NCBI RefSeq assembly: GCF_963921235.1
Contig: NC_086097.1
Coordinates: 181,476,001 to 181,540,000 of the forward strand
Length of the DNA: 64,000 nt
DNA from: Mobula hypostoma
Taxonomy: Eukaryota
Reading direction: 5' to 3'
Shown: piece by piece, positions 12,814 to 25,980 of the stretch
Position numbering within the stretch: the first letter of the stretch is position 1
Layout: each line of letters starts with the position of its first letter
The notes under the pieces: generated by a model
What the model was told of the DNA's origin: nothing
Databases searched by the model: none
What the model saw: the letters and a program-made list of their open reading frames with translations, nothing else
Position numbers and translations under genes: made by a program

Positions 12814-14248
12814 TTAAACCTATGCCCTCTTGTTTTTGAAATCACTACCATGGGAAAAAATTCTGACTACTATATCCACTCCAGGGCAAACAGTCTCTCA
12901 CCATAATTGAAGTCCTTCAATACGGGCAGCATGCTGCTAAATCTTACCTGCACCGTCTTCAGTACAATTATATCCTTAATATACTGTGATGACCAGAATA
13001 GCACATAATATTCTGAGCAGTTTAACCAAAATTTTGTAACGTTTCATCACAGTGAATACAACTTTTATTAGAATCACATTTATTATCACTGATTTAGATG
13101 ATGTGAAATTTGTTGTTCTGTGGCAGCAGAAGAGTGCAAAGACAAAATTACTAAAATAATAAATTACTGTGCATGGACCCATGTGCCATTCAGAATTCTA
13201 ATGATGAAGGGGAGGAGGTTGTTTTTGAATCATTCATTCAGGCTCCTGTACCTCCTCCCCAATGGTAGTAATGAGAAAAGGGTATGATCCGGATTGAGAG
13301 AGTGCTTAATAATGGATGATATAATCTTGAGGCACCAGCTCTAGTAGATGTGCTGAGCGGTAGGGAGAGTTGTGCTAGTGATAGAGTTTATGATTTGTGA
13401 TGGACTTTTATGTTCTGTTCTCTGACCTATGAAAGCAAATATACCATGTGCTTTCTTCACCACCCTATACATCTGCATTGCCAATTTCAGGGATTGACGA
13501 TCTTGAAACTGTAGGTCCCTCTGTTCATCAATGTTCCTTGGTGTCTTGCCATTTACTGTATATGTTCCATCCCTGTCTGACTTCCCACTTTGTATCCCCT
13601 CATATTTGATGGGATTAAATTCCATCAGACAACGCTCTACCCAATTCTTCGTCTTACTTAGATTCTGCTATAGCCTTAGACAATCACCTTTGCTTTTCAC
13701 ATCACAACTTTAATATCATCTGCAGCCTAAACATCTGATATTATATGTTAAACTCAGTGAAGTACTGTATAGTATACAGGTGTGTTTCAGCCAGTAATGC
13801 ACAGACTGTTGTATCTAGTGACATTGATCAGTCAGTCACAGCCATGTACTGCATTGAAGGTTATAGCCTAGAGAGCATCTATCATAAGGCTGAGTGATAA
13901 GCTCATGGAGCTCTATAAAAGGAGGGAAGAATTAAATAGGATGGAGGTAGAATATTTAGTACCAACCAGAACTAGATGGCATTAATATGATGATTCAGAA
14001 ATTCAGGAGGAATGTCTTCTGCAAAAACTAGATGAATGCACTGAGAGTGAGGTGCAGAGGTGGGAAAATCTCTTTGCAGTATGATATCTGGCAGGGACCA
14101 GCTGGGCTGAATGGCCTGTGTGCTGTGTAGTTAATATGTCACTAGTTCTGAGTTACTGCTAAATGTTCCCAAAGATCTGTTATTGACCGTATTCTGGTCT
14201 TGGAAGGACATTGGGAATTGTGAGTGTGGCTTTGCCTTCTCTCCACAG

Positions 14249-14385
14249 GTCACCGGTTCGAGGATGTTCCAGGAGTGCGACGGCACTTGGTCAGGAGGAG
14301 CACAAAGGGGACCATTGTACATGTGGGGAAAGACCAGTCCGAGCTTTACCCCAAGGCCAAGAAACCCGATCGGCAGCCACATGAG
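14249..14385 (+). CDS. slc4a2: slc4a2 exon B (SHRFEDVPGVRRHLVR...QPHE)
   Basis: ctccacag acceptor, phase 1 in; AE2 motif HRFEDVPGVRRHLVR; donor GAG|gtgcag, phase 0. Confidence 0.95.
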
Positions 14386-16767
14386 GTGCAGTCCCATCTT
14401 GATTATCTTGCTTCATTATGTTGCTGTCCTGCACACCTGAAAGCTGTCACTCAGGGCACTAGTACAGACTTCAGGTTCCTCTCACCATGGACAGCGTTCA
14501 TGTGTGACTGTGATGGTCAGGGGCAGTGGTTTCAGTCCTGGGTGAGGTGAGTCCTGCTCCACTTTGACAGACTCCACCCCAGTAACACCTTTGGTTCACA
14601 ATTGGTCAGGAGCAGAGAAGGGTGGAGCACCAGCTGATCATTCCTCCCTTAACCAGGACACTCGGCAAACTTGTAATAGACAGCACATCAAACCTGGAGC
14701 TCTGCCGCTGCCTGTTGGTGCCCAGCCCACCCGCTAGCTCAAAACAGTTCCATTTAAAGTGACAGGAGCTGAGGAAGTGACGATGTTACATTATCTTGTA
14801 AGTAAATTGTAGACGAGTGAGCTTACACTGACTGGAATTCACTCTGGTTACGTTCTGGGCAAAAAAAGGAGGTATAGATAGAGTGGACAGCCCTAGGGTT
14901 TTTCTCAGGGCAGAAATGGCTAACATCGGGGGCATAATTTTAAGGTGATTGGAGAAAGGTATGGGGGTTGTCAGAGGTAGATGTTTTACACAGAGGGCGG
15001 TGTGTGCGTGGAATGTGCTGCAAGGGTTAGTGTAGGGACAGTTACATTAGGGACACTTAAGATTCTTAGCCACATGGATGAAAGGCAAATGGAGGGCTGT
15101 GGGAAGAGGTAGATTGATCCTAGAGTAGTTTAAAAGGTCAGCACAACTTCGTGGGCCAAAGGGCTTGTATTGTGCTGTAGCACAGACCAGCAGCGGTGGG
15201 GTCACTAATCAGCCTAGTGCTTGGTGAGGGATGAGGAGGGCTGTAGACAGCCTCAGTACTTGCCTCTCTGCTACTGTGTATAGTGACAGTGCTATCAGAG
15301 AGGCTGACGAACCTGGTGAGAAGTACGGTCTGTGCTGTGTGGTTGGACTATAGGCATATGGCTTGAATACAGCCGAAAATGGGGAGTGGGCTGCATTTTA
15401 CGCTTTATGTTTAATTCACTTTCTGTGTGATACTGTGTACTAACTTTAGGTGCAAAGTTTTCATTCGTGTGCTGTGTTCATCACAGGCAATTATTGTCCT
15501 CCCCTAACTGTCCTGAAGGAGGTGATTCAGGATAAAACACTTTGCTCTGGGTCTGTGAGTCACCAGATGGAAGTTCCCATAAGGACACAAGTGAACCTGA
15601 CTGTTTATACAACAGTCCATTAGTTTTTGTCACTTTTACATGAACTAGCTTTTTATTACGGGTTTATTTAATTATTTAGATTTAGATGCCCCAGGTGTCT
15701 TAATGAGATTCAAACTCGTGTCTTTTCTGGAACACTGCCTGCTGGCCTGGTAACTCACTCAAAGTGCAGTCACACAGTGGTTATCTGATTAAGCACTTGA
15801 AGTATCTGCTGCGGTCGTCAGCTTGTATCTTCTGAGTAATAGACTGGAGCATCCGTTGGTACCTCTGGGTATGTAATGGGCATTGACCTGAGTTGCCTGT
15901 TTAGGTATTGAATGGATGATTGGTGTTGGATTGTAGTATGCAGGAGTTGGTATAGTCATAGAGCACCACCACACCGAAAGTTAATTGTCATGCTCACACA
16001 TATGGTTAGGTACAGGTACTATGAAATACAAACGTACTTGCAGCAGCTTCACAGCCACATAAATTCAGACAACACACAGAATGTAAGTTATACATCAACT
16101 ATACTAGACAGTGAAGGAAAAAAAATGTGCAAAACAAGACATTAATGGGAAAAAAAAAACAACAATCAGAGACATGTCTATGGTAGAGCGGGAGGTGGTC
16201 CTTTACTGAAGTAGGGTTAGGATTGTGCACGTCAGTTCAAGAACCTACTGGCTATCTGAAAGTAGCTGTTTCCAAACCCAGTGGTTCAGAAGTATGTGGC
16301 TTCACTCGGTTTTCGAAGCTTGCTGGAACTCAGGAAGACGCATGGATGAAAGAAAAATGGAGGACAATGTAGGAGGGAAGGATTAGCTTAACATTGGAGT
16401 GGGTTAAAAGGTCGGCACAACATCATGAACCAAAGGACCCGTACTTTGCTATACTGTTCTATGTTCTCTGGTGTGGGACCAATAATAGCAGTGAGAAAAG
16501 GGCCTGGCATTCATGATGATCCTGTAGCTACTGTCAGTGAAGGGTAGGGATGTACCTTGATGGACCAGGCTGCGTCCACTAGTCTCTTCGGGCTCTGGTG
16601 TTCCTGTGTGTTGGAATTCACGTACTTGGCTCACGTATCCAGTCAGGACACGTGATGTTAATATAAAATAGAAATAATTGAATTATGACCTTGTGGTTGG
16701 TGGGTGGGGGTGTATTAGGGTCTTTGCATGATCACGATGTAACAGATTCCCGTTCTCATTTTTCCAG

Positions 16768-16948
16768 GTGTTTGTTGAACTGAATGAGTTAACAATGGAT
16801 AAGAATCACGAGATGCAGTGGAAGGAGACAGCCAGGTGGATCAAGTTTGAAGAAGATGTGGAAGAGGAAACAGATCGCTGGGGAAAGCCACATGTGGCTT
16901 CACTCAGCTTTCGAAGCTTGCTGGAACTCAGAAAGACACTGGCACATG
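16768..16948 (+). CDS. slc4a2: slc4a2 exon C (VFVELNEL...WKETARWIKFEEDVEE...LRKTLAH)
   Basis: Band 3 cytoplasmic-domain signature ETARWIKFEE; tttccag acceptor; donor G|gtaacc. Confidence 0.97.
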
Positions 16949-17242
16949 GTAACCATCATAATTTACTCTGTTAGACATCCGGTAACTACAAAACATTCAC
17001 AAACTCTGAAATATCCTCAGCATTTTGAGCATCAGTTGTGCTCAGAATATTGAATATGGTGACAGGTTAAGTTACAGTCACAGAGCTGCACAACAGACAC
17101 AGGCCCTTTGGCCCACCATGTCGATGCTAACTGTCATGCTTATCTAGACTAATACCACCTACCTGCATTAATTGCATTTCTTTTCATGCCTTGCTCATTC
17201 AGGTACCTGTCCAGGTGCCTCTTAAATGTTGTTATTCTCAAC

Positions 17243-20200
17243 ACCATAAGACATAGGAACAGAATTAGGCCATTCAGCCCATCGAGTCTGCTCCACCATT
17301 CCATCATGGCTGATCCTGGATCCCACTCAACCTCATCACTGCCTTCTCGCCGTATACTTTAATGCCCTGACGGATCAGGAAATGGTCAACTTCCACCTTA
17401 ATACACATGGACTTGGCCTCCACTGTAGCCTGTTGCAGAGTATTACACTGATTTACTACTCTCTGGCTAAAAATAATTCCTCCTTGCCTCTGTTCTAAAA
17501 GGTTGGACTTCAATGTTGAGGTTGTGCTCTCTAGTTCTGGATATCCCCACCACAGGAAACATCCTCTCCGCATCCACCCTATGGAGTCCTTTCAACATTC
17601 GGTAGGCTTCAATGAGTTCCCTGTGCATACTTCTGAATTCTAGTGAGTACTGGCCAAAAGCTGCCAAATGCTTCTCACGTTAACCCCTTCATTCCCAGAA
17701 TCTCCGCAAGAACCTCCTCTGGACACTGTCCAATGACAGCACATCCTTTCTGAAATATGGGGCCCAGAACTGTGACAGTACTCCAAGTGCAGCCTGACTA
17801 GTGTCTTATAAAGGCTCAGCATTATCTCCTTGCTTTTATATTCTATTCCCCGTGAAATAGATGCCAACATTGCATTTGCCTTCTTTACCGCAGACTCAAC
17901 TTGTAAATTAACCTTCTGGGAGTCTTGCACAAGGACTCCTAAGTCCCTCTGTACCTCTGATGTTTGAACCTTCTCCCCATTCAGGTAATAGTCCAAACTA
18001 TTGTTCCTTTTACCAAAATGCATTATCATACATTTCTCAACACTGTATTCCATCTGCCACTTTTTTTGCCCATTCTTCCAATTTGTCTTAAGTCCTGCTG
18101 CAATCACATTGCTTCCTCAGCACTATCCACCTCTCCACCTATCTTTGTATTATCCACAAACTTTGCCACAAAGACATCAATTCCACTATCTAAATCATTG
18201 ACAAACAATGTGAAAAGCAGTGGTCCAAATACTTGCCTCTGAAGAACACCACTAGTCAACAGCAGCCAACTAGAAAAGGCCCCTTTTATTCTCACTCACT
18301 GCCTCCTGTCTGTCAGCCATTCCGCTATCCATAGCAGTATCTTTCCTGTAATGGCATAGGATTTTATCTTGTTAAGCAGCCTCATGTGTGGCACCTTATC
18401 AAACGTCTTCTGAAAATCCAAGTAAATGACATCCACTGTTTCGCCTTTGTCCACCCTGCTTGTTACTTCCTCAAAGAACTCTAACAGAATTGTCAGGCAA
18501 GATTTTCCTTTACAGAAGCCACGCTGACTTTGACTTATGTTATCATTAATCTCCAAGTACCTTGAAACTTCATCCTTAATAATAGATCCCAACCACTGAG
18601 GTTAGACTAACTGGCCTATAATTTCCTTTCTTTTCCCTTCCTCCCTTCTTAAAGAGTGGAGTGACATTTGCAATCTTCCAGTCCTCCGGAACCATACCAG
18701 ACGTAAATGATTCTTGAAAGATCATGACCAATGCATTCATTATCTCTTCAGTAACCTCTCTCAGGACTCTGGGATGTAGTCTGTCTGGCCCAGGTGACTT
18801 CTCCATCTTAAGACATTGGAGCTTGCCTAGCTTTTTTTTTTCCTTTGTAACGGCAATGGCACTCACTCCTGCTCCCTGGCACTCACAGAGCTTTGCACAC
18901 TGCTACTGTCTTCCATAGTGAAGACAGATGCAAAGTACCCATTAAGTTCATCTGCCATTTGTCTGTCCCCCATTACTACCTCACTAGCATCATTTCCAGT
19001 GGTCCAATATCAAGTCTCATCTCCTTCTTGCTCTTTATAACTAAAAAAAAGACTTTTGGTATCATGTTTTATATTATTGATTAGTCTGCCTTCATATTTC
19101 ATCTTTTCCTTTTTTATAGCTTGTTTAGTTGCCTTTTCTTGGATTTTAAAAATTTCCCAATCATCCAACTTCCCACTCGTTTTTGCTACCTTGTATGCCC
19201 TTTCCTTGGCTTTTTATTCAGTCCTTAACTTTCTTTGTCTTTTGCCTACTCCTGCCATTTGAGAACTTCTTCCTCTGTGGGACATATCTATCATGTGCCT
19301 TGTGAAACTTCAGCCATCTCTGCTCTGCTGTCATTCCCACCAGTATCCTCCTCCAATCCACCTGGGCAAGCTCCTCTTTCATTCCTCTGTAATTCCCTTT
19401 AATCCATTGTGATACTGATACATCTGACTTGTGTTTCTCCCTCTCAAATTGTAATATGACTTCAATCATATTATGATCACTGCCTCCTGAAGGTTCCTTT
19501 ACATTAAGCTCCCTAATAAGATCTGGGTTATTACACAACACCCAATCTAAGATAGCCTTTCCCTGAGTAGGCTCAATCACAAGCTGCTTTAAAAAGCCAT
19601 CTCGTAGGCATTCAAGAAATTCCCTCTCTTGCGATCTGACACCAACCTGATTTTTCCCAATCCCCTTGCATATTGAAGTTCCCCATTATAATTCCCCATT
19701 AAAAACCCTTATTACATGCCTTTTCCAGCTCCCTTTGCAATCTTAACCCCATATCCTAGCTACTATTTGGAGCCCTATATATGATTCCCTTAATGGTTTT
19801 TTTAACTTTGCAATTTCTTATCTCCACCCACAAAGATTCAACATTCATAACCCTATGTCACTTCTTTCTAAAGATGTAATTCCATCTCTTACCACCAGAG
19901 CCACACCACTGCCTATGCCTTGCTGCCTGTCCTTTCGATACAAAGTATGTCCTTTGATGCTAAGCTCCCAACTATGGCCGCCTTTCAGCCACGACTCAGT
20001 GATGCCCATAGTGTCTTACTGAACTCCTCTATTTGCACTATGAGTTCATCTGCTTTACTGTGAATGCTACGTGCATTTAAATACAACACCTTCAATCCTG
20101 CAATCTTTCCCCATTTGAATTTTGCCTCTGTGGTACAATTTATCTCTTTGCTCTGTCTGCATTTGTACCTAATCAGTGGCTTGTCCTTCCTTACATTCAT

Positions 20201-20595
20201 GTTACATCCATCATCTACTATTAATCTGCTGGCGCATCTTTAGCTCTATCATATTGAAACATAGAAAACCTATGGCACAATACAGGCCCTTCAGCCCACA
20301 AAGCTGTGCCAAACATGTCCTTACCGTAAAAATTACCTAGGGTTACCCATAGCCCTCTATTTTTCTAAGCTCCATGTACCTATCCAGGAGTCTCTTAAGA
20401 AAGACCCTATCGCATCCACACTCACCATTGGTTCCCATCCCCCTGCCATATTAGCTTAAACCACTCCCAATAGCTTTAGTAAATCTTCACAAGAATATTG
20501 GTCCCCTCGGATTCAAGAGCAACCAGTCCCTTTTGTACAGGTCCCACCTGTTCCAGAAGAGGTCCCAATTATCCAGAAATCTGAAACCCTGCCCC
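17243..20595 (-). mobile_element. Long degraded CR1 LINE: ORF1 3' end, APE endonuclease, RT and 3' tail; small nested insert at ~20255-20425
   Basis: LKVLYLNARSI (APE start), ILDWVL...GSDHN, KSPGPD.LHPRVL, NYRPVSLTS, YLDFQKTFDKVPH, KFVDNTK; many stops and frameshifts. Confidence 0.93.
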
Positions 20596-21193
20596 CTCTT
20601 TTCCTCTACCACCTCTGGTAGCTCATTCCAGATCCCCTTTATACCTCTGCCCTGAACAGGTCAGGCAACATCTGAGGAGAGAATATTTCACTTTTAGTTG
20701 TGTTATAATTTAGAGTAAAGTTTCTTAGAGAGGTATGAGGGCGACCCAGATTACAGAGTCTGCCCTGTAGCTCCTCGGCCATTCCTATTTAATTCCATCA
20801 GTTGCCTGGTTTGCCAGTTGACCCGTATAGCTCTGCATGGCTTTTCAGTCACATCAAAACTGTAAGGGAAACACAAGGTGTAATTGTCATGGATTTAAGC
20901 TCGGGATGTAATTGATGTGTTTAGCACTGTGTGTGCTGCATAAGTCTTAACCACAAGTGTTATTTACTCTTCATAACAGACGAGTTTGTTCATTATTGCC
21001 CAACATTGCCCATGATTGATGCTGCCAGCCATATGCACAATTCCTCTGATAGCCACAGTGCCAACCCATCCAAGGCAGGGAACTTGCAGTGGGTGTAGAC
21101 CTCTCAATGCTCCATATCCCACAATGTGCCCTCCCAACTGGAGGCGATCAGGTACACGAGTTCTTGATTTCAGTCTCCCTTGTCCTCATGCAG

Positions 21194-21329
21194 GTACAGT
21201 TCTCTTGGACTTGGACCAGAAAAGCTTGCCAGGAATTGCACATCAGGTGGTAGAACAGATGATCATCTCTGACCAGATCAAAGCTGAGGATAGAGCCAAC
21301 GTTCTGCGGGCACTGCTGCTCAAACACAG
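21194..21329 (+). CDS. slc4a2: slc4a2 exon D (GTVLLDLDQKSLPGIAHQVVEQM...ALLLKH)
   Basis: Near-identical to AE2 VLLDLDQ...DRANVLRALLLKH; catgcag acceptor; donor AG|gtaaag, phase 2. Confidence 0.97.
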
Positions 21330-21424
21330 GTAAAGCGAGGTGTAGCTCCTCAAATACGGGTAAAGCGAGGCACTGCTCCTCTATCACGGGTAGAGCAAGG
21401 CATAGCTCAAATACAGGTAGACGA
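21309..21424 (+). repeat. ~30-bp tandem repeat (4 units) spanning the exon D donor
   Basis: ggcactgctgctcaaacacaggtaaagcga / ggtgtagctcctcaaatacgggtaaagcga / ggcactgctcctctatcacgggtagagcaa / ggcatagctcaaatacaggtagacga. Confidence 0.85.
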
Positions 21425-22400
21425 TAGTGCTACACACAAATTGCAAGAGAATGCAGGATCCTGATGAAGGGGTTCGGCCTGAAAGTGAACTGTTTATTTC
21501 CTTCCAAAGATGCTGCCTAACTTACTGAGTTCCTCCTGCATTTTGTGTGTGTTGTTTAAGATTTCCAGAATCTGCAGAGCGAGATGCCACTCCGTGCGTT
21601 GAATCTGATCTATAACTGCCCCTGCTGCACCCTTTGTAGACACTACAGCCCTGTGTAGTCACTGAACATCATTGTGTACTTGTGCTCTTCATTCTCTGTG
21701 GAAGCTGGTGTAGACAAAGTTTCCCCAGTCTGGCACTGCATGGTCAGATGCCAAGGCGAGGCATTCATTGGCATAGCCAGTGGAGCTACTGCATCACAGC
21801 TTCAGGCGGGATCGACCTCTGCACTGTCTTTGTGGAGTGCACCTTATGATCTTGTGGTCATGCCCCAGGAGATTTGGTTTCCTCCAGCATCCCTTATCTG
21901 TGCAGGTTTGGTGGGTTAATAGGCCTGGTGTGTAGGTGAATTGAATCTGGGAGGAGCTGATGGGAGTGTGCAAAAAGTGGGTTAGGAGAGTATTAAAGAT
22001 TAGTTTTATTTGTCTCATTACATCGAAATATCAAAACATGCAGTGAAATGTGTCATTTATGTCATCTGTTGGGGACAGCGTGCAAGTATTGCCGTGCTTC
22101 TGGCGCCAGTGTAGTATGCCCACAACTTGTACAAAGACCTGTACATCTTTGGAATGAGGGAGGAAACTCACGCAGTGACAGGGGAACATACGAGTTCCTT
22201 ACAGACAGCAGGAGGGACTGAATCGCGATTGCTGGCACTGTAAAACATTCCGTTCCACCCATTTAGTGTGAATGAATGGTGATGGTCAGCACGGACAGTG
22301 GGCCGAAGGGTCTGGGTCTGCGTCTGCACTGTATTGCTCTAACACTGAATCTGTTAGAGAGGAACAAGATGAACTAAAGTTGCACTTTCTTTATTTAAAG

Positions 22401-22584
22401 CCACCCCAACAAGGACAAGGACTTTTCGTTTTCACGTAACATCTCCACAGGGAGCTTGGGCTCACTGATGGCCCACCATCACAGCCAGAACCACATCGCT
22501 CCAACTTCTGAACCCTCCGTCACACAGCCACTGATGGGAGAGAGCACTGACGCCGAGGTCAAAGTGACAGTGGAGAGTGCTGAG
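22401..22584 (+). CDS. slc4a2: slc4a2 exon E (SHPNKDKDFSFSRNISTGSLGSLMAHHHS...ESAE); not in the ORF track
   Basis: tttaaag acceptor, phase 2; matches AE2 HPSDEKDFSFPRNISAGSLGSL; donor GAG|gtcagc, phase 0. Confidence 0.9.
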
Positions 22585-22614
22585 GTCAGCAAGTGTGGTG
22601 ATGTTCATCATTCT

Positions 22615-23190
22615 GATACATAGAACATTGAACACTACAGCACGGTACAAGCCCTTCAGCCTACAATGCTGTGCCATCCTTTTAACCTACTCCAAGATCA
22701 ATTTAACTGCTCCCACTCAGCCCTCCATTTGTCTTTTATTCATGTGCTTATCTTAGAGCCACTGAAATGTCTGTAATGTGTCTGCCTTTACTACCAACCC
22801 TGGCAGTGCTTTCCATGCACTCACCACCCTTTGTGTAAAAAAAAACCCTGCCTCTGACATCCCACCACCACAGCCCCTCCTCACCATACATTCCTCTAAT
22901 TATCTTAAAATTATGCCTTCTCATATTAGCCATTTCCATCCTGGGGAAAAGGTGCTGGCTGAACACAATATCTATGTCTCTTATCTAATCATCTCTATTG
23001 GTCTCCTTACATCTTCTGTCACTCCCAAGAGAAAAGCACTAGCTCGCTTTATCTTTCCTCATAAGACATGCTCTCTTGTCCAGGCAGTATCCTGGTAAAT
23101 CTCCTCCGCAACCTCTGTAAAGCTTCCACATCCGTGCTCTAATGTGGAGACCAGAACTGAACACAGTATCCCAAGTGTGGTCTAACCAAA
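22615..23190 (-). mobile_element. CR1 LINE 3' fragment
   Basis: Minus-strand LFPRMEMANMRRHNFK remnant and CR1 tail. Confidence 0.8.
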
Positions 23191-23417
23191 AGCAGATGTC
23201 TCGTGGCTTTAGGCTTGTGATCACTGAGACCCTGAAGCACCCTTAGTGCTGCACAATGACATCTGTTAGTGTCTCAGTAAACCGTTCCAGAGTGGTGGTG
23301 TTCCTGTCACCTCCTGAAGAGCATGCAGAATGTGGCTTTAAATTATTGTCTTCCTTTTGCTTGGCTTCCCTCAATCATGTGCCTGCCATCTGACAGCATA
23401 GCTCTTCCTCTCTGCTC

Positions 23418-24480
23418 TTCCCTCTCCCCCTCACCCACATGCCCCCTCCCTCCCTCTCTCCCATATGCCCCTTCCCTCCCTCTCGCCCACACGCCCCTCC
23501 CTCTCGACCACACACACCCCCCTCTCTCCCACACACCCCCTCCTTCCCTCTCTCCCACACGCCCCCTCCCTCCCTCTCCCACACGCCCCTCCCTCCCTCT
23601 CTCCCACATGCCCCCTCCCTCTCGACCACACGCACCCCCTCTCTCCCACACGCCCTTTCCCTCCCTCTCTCCCACACTCCCACCCTCTCGCCCACACACG
23701 ACCCTTCCACCCTCTCGCCAACACACGACCCTCCCACCCTCTCACCCACATGCCCCCTCCCTCCTTCTCTCCCACACACACCCCTCCCTCCCACCCTCTC
23801 GCCCACACGCCCCCTCCCACCCTCTCGCCCACACGCCAACTCCCACCCTCTCGCCCACACGCCCCCGCCATCCCTCTCGCCCACACGCCCCCGCCATCCC
23901 TCTCGCCCACACGCCCCCACCATCCCTCTCGCCCACACGCCCCCATCCCGATCGCCCACACGCCCCCGCCGTCCCTCTCGCCCACGCGCCCCCTCCCTCC
24001 CTCTCGCCCACGCGCCCCCTCCCTCCCTCTCGCCCACGCACCCCCTCCCACCCTCTCGCCCACGCGCCAACTCCCACCCTGTCACCCACGCGCCCCCTCC
24101 CTCCTTCTCTCCCACACACACCCCTCCCTCCCTCCCACCCTCTCGCCCACACGCCCCCCATCCCTCTCGCCCACGCGCCCCCGTCATCCCTCTCGCCCAC
24201 ACGCCCCCTCCCACCCTCTCGCCCACACGCCCCCTCCCACCCTCTCGCCCACACGCCAACTCCCACCCTCTCGCCCACACGCCCCCCATCCCTCTCGCCC
24301 ACACACCCCCGCCATCCCTCTCGCCCACACGCCCCCGTCATCCCTCTCGCCCACGCGCCCCCTCCCACCCTCTTGCCCACGCGCCAACTCCCACCCTCTT
24401 GCCCACACGCCCCCTCCCACCCTCTTGCCCACACGCCCCCTCCCACCCTCTCGCCCACATGCCCCTTCCCTCCCTCTCAC
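23418..24480. repeat. C-rich minisatellite (core ccctctcgcccacacgcccc, ~23-27 bp units)
   Basis: Dozens of visible degenerate copies; source of the spurious Pro/His-rich and Gly/Arg-rich ORFs. Confidence 0.95.
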
Positions 24481-24934
24481 CCGCCTGACCCCTCCCCACC
24501 TGGCTCTCACCCGCCTGACCTCCCACCCCGCGCTCCACCGATCTCACCCACCTGTCTCCCCACTGTCCCTCACCTGTCCCTCCTTCTCCCCATCTGTTTC
24601 CTCCCTCTCTCTCCATCCTTCCCCCTTCCTCCTTCTCCCCCACCTACCCACTACCTCCCCCAACCCCCACCTGCCCTATCCCCTCTCCCCAGCTGCTCCC
24701 TCCCTCTCTAGCCACCTGTCCTATTCTACTTCTCTCCTTCATCTGCCCTCATCCTTCTTCTCCCCAACCTTGCTGCCTTCCTCTGTCTTTCCCCTCTTCT
24801 TCCACCTGCCCCCTTTCTCCCTCCCCCACTACTTGGTCCTCCTTCCCTTCTCCCCACACCTGCTCCCTCCATCCTTCTCCTTCCTACCTTCCCCCTCCCA
24901 CCCTTTCCCTACTTGTCTGCAACCTTCTTCGCCC

Positions 24935-25570
24935 ACTACCACTCTGTCCCTGTTCCCCCCTACCACTGTCCCTCTTCCCCCTCTACCACTGTCCCTCTTC
25001 CCCCTCTACCACTGTCCCTCTTCCCCTACCACTGTCCCTCTTCCCCCCTACCACTGTCCCTCTTCCCCATACCACTGTCCCTCTTCCCCTACCACTGTCC
25101 CTCTTCACCCTCTACCACTGTCCCTCTTCCTCCTACCACTGTCCCTCTTCCCCTACCACTGTCCCTCTTCCCCCTCTACCACTGTACCTCTTCCCCCTCT
25201 ACCTCCGTCCCTCTTCCCCCTCTACCACTGTCCCTCTTCCCCTCTACCACTGTCCCTCCTCCCCCTCTACCACTGTCCCTCCTCCCCCTCTACCACTGTC
25301 CCTCTTCCCCCTCTACCACTGTCCCTCTTCCCCCCTACCTCTGTCCCTCTTCCCCCCTACCTCTGTCCCTCTTCTCCCTCTACCACTCTGTCCCTCTTCC
25401 CCCTCCACCACACTGTCCCTCTTCCTCCTCTACCACTGTCCCTCTTCCTCCTCTACCACTGTCCCTCTTCCCCCTCTAGCACTGTCCTCTTCCCCCCTGT
25501 CCCTCTTCCCCCTCTACCACTCTGTCCCTCTTCCCTCTCTACCACTGTCCCTCTTCCTCCTCTACCACCC
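24935..25570. repeat. Pyrimidine-rich minisatellite (cccctctaccactgtccctctt, ~20-23 bp unit)
   Basis: Direct tandem copies inside a polypyrimidine tract at ~24480-25760. Confidence 0.95.
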
Positions 25571-25877
25571 CCTCCCTCCCTCATCCCTACAAACTCATGC
25601 CCCTTCTCTCTCTCTCCAACTGCCTCTGTCACCACTCTCTCCCTCTCCCAACATCTGCCCCTCCCTTCCTCTCACCCCAGCTAGCTTATCTCCCCACCCT
25701 CTATCTCCTCATGCTTGCTCTCTTTCTCCCTCTCCCCCTCCCCACTCTCCCTGTTGCCTCCTCCTCTACACAAACCCCAAAGCTTTCTGTGGTGCTGCTG
25801 CTCTTTGCCACTCACTCTGGTTCTCACCCTCTCGAGGCTTCCATTCTTCCTGTAACCACTTTCCCCATCTCCAACAG

Positions 25878-25980
25878 AAAGAATGTCCCCTGTCTGAGAT
25901 GACCAGATCGAGATCAAAGCACGAACTCAAGCTCCTGGAGAAAATTCCCTACAATGCAGAGGCCACCGTCGTACTTGTCG
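25878..25980 (+). CDS. slc4a2: slc4a2 exon F (KECPLSEMTRSRSKHELKLLEKIPYNAEATVVLV)
   Basis: ccaacag acceptor; AE2 motif TRSKSKHELKLLEKIP; donor G|gtaaga. Confidence 0.95.

Noticed and set aside
21309..21424. CRISPR-like array
   Set aside because: Contiguous degenerate units without unique spacers; vertebrate intron; no cas genes
21457..21492. Active hammerhead at CTGATGA...GAAA
   Set aside because: Stem III palindrome and cleavage triplet are lost (GAAAGTGAAC); counted only as a relic
23323..25684. Long Pro/His/Leu-rich (462, 349, 739 aa) and Gly/Arg-rich ORFs
   Set aside because: Open in several frames on both strands only because the C-rich minisatellites lack stop codons; intronic, no domain
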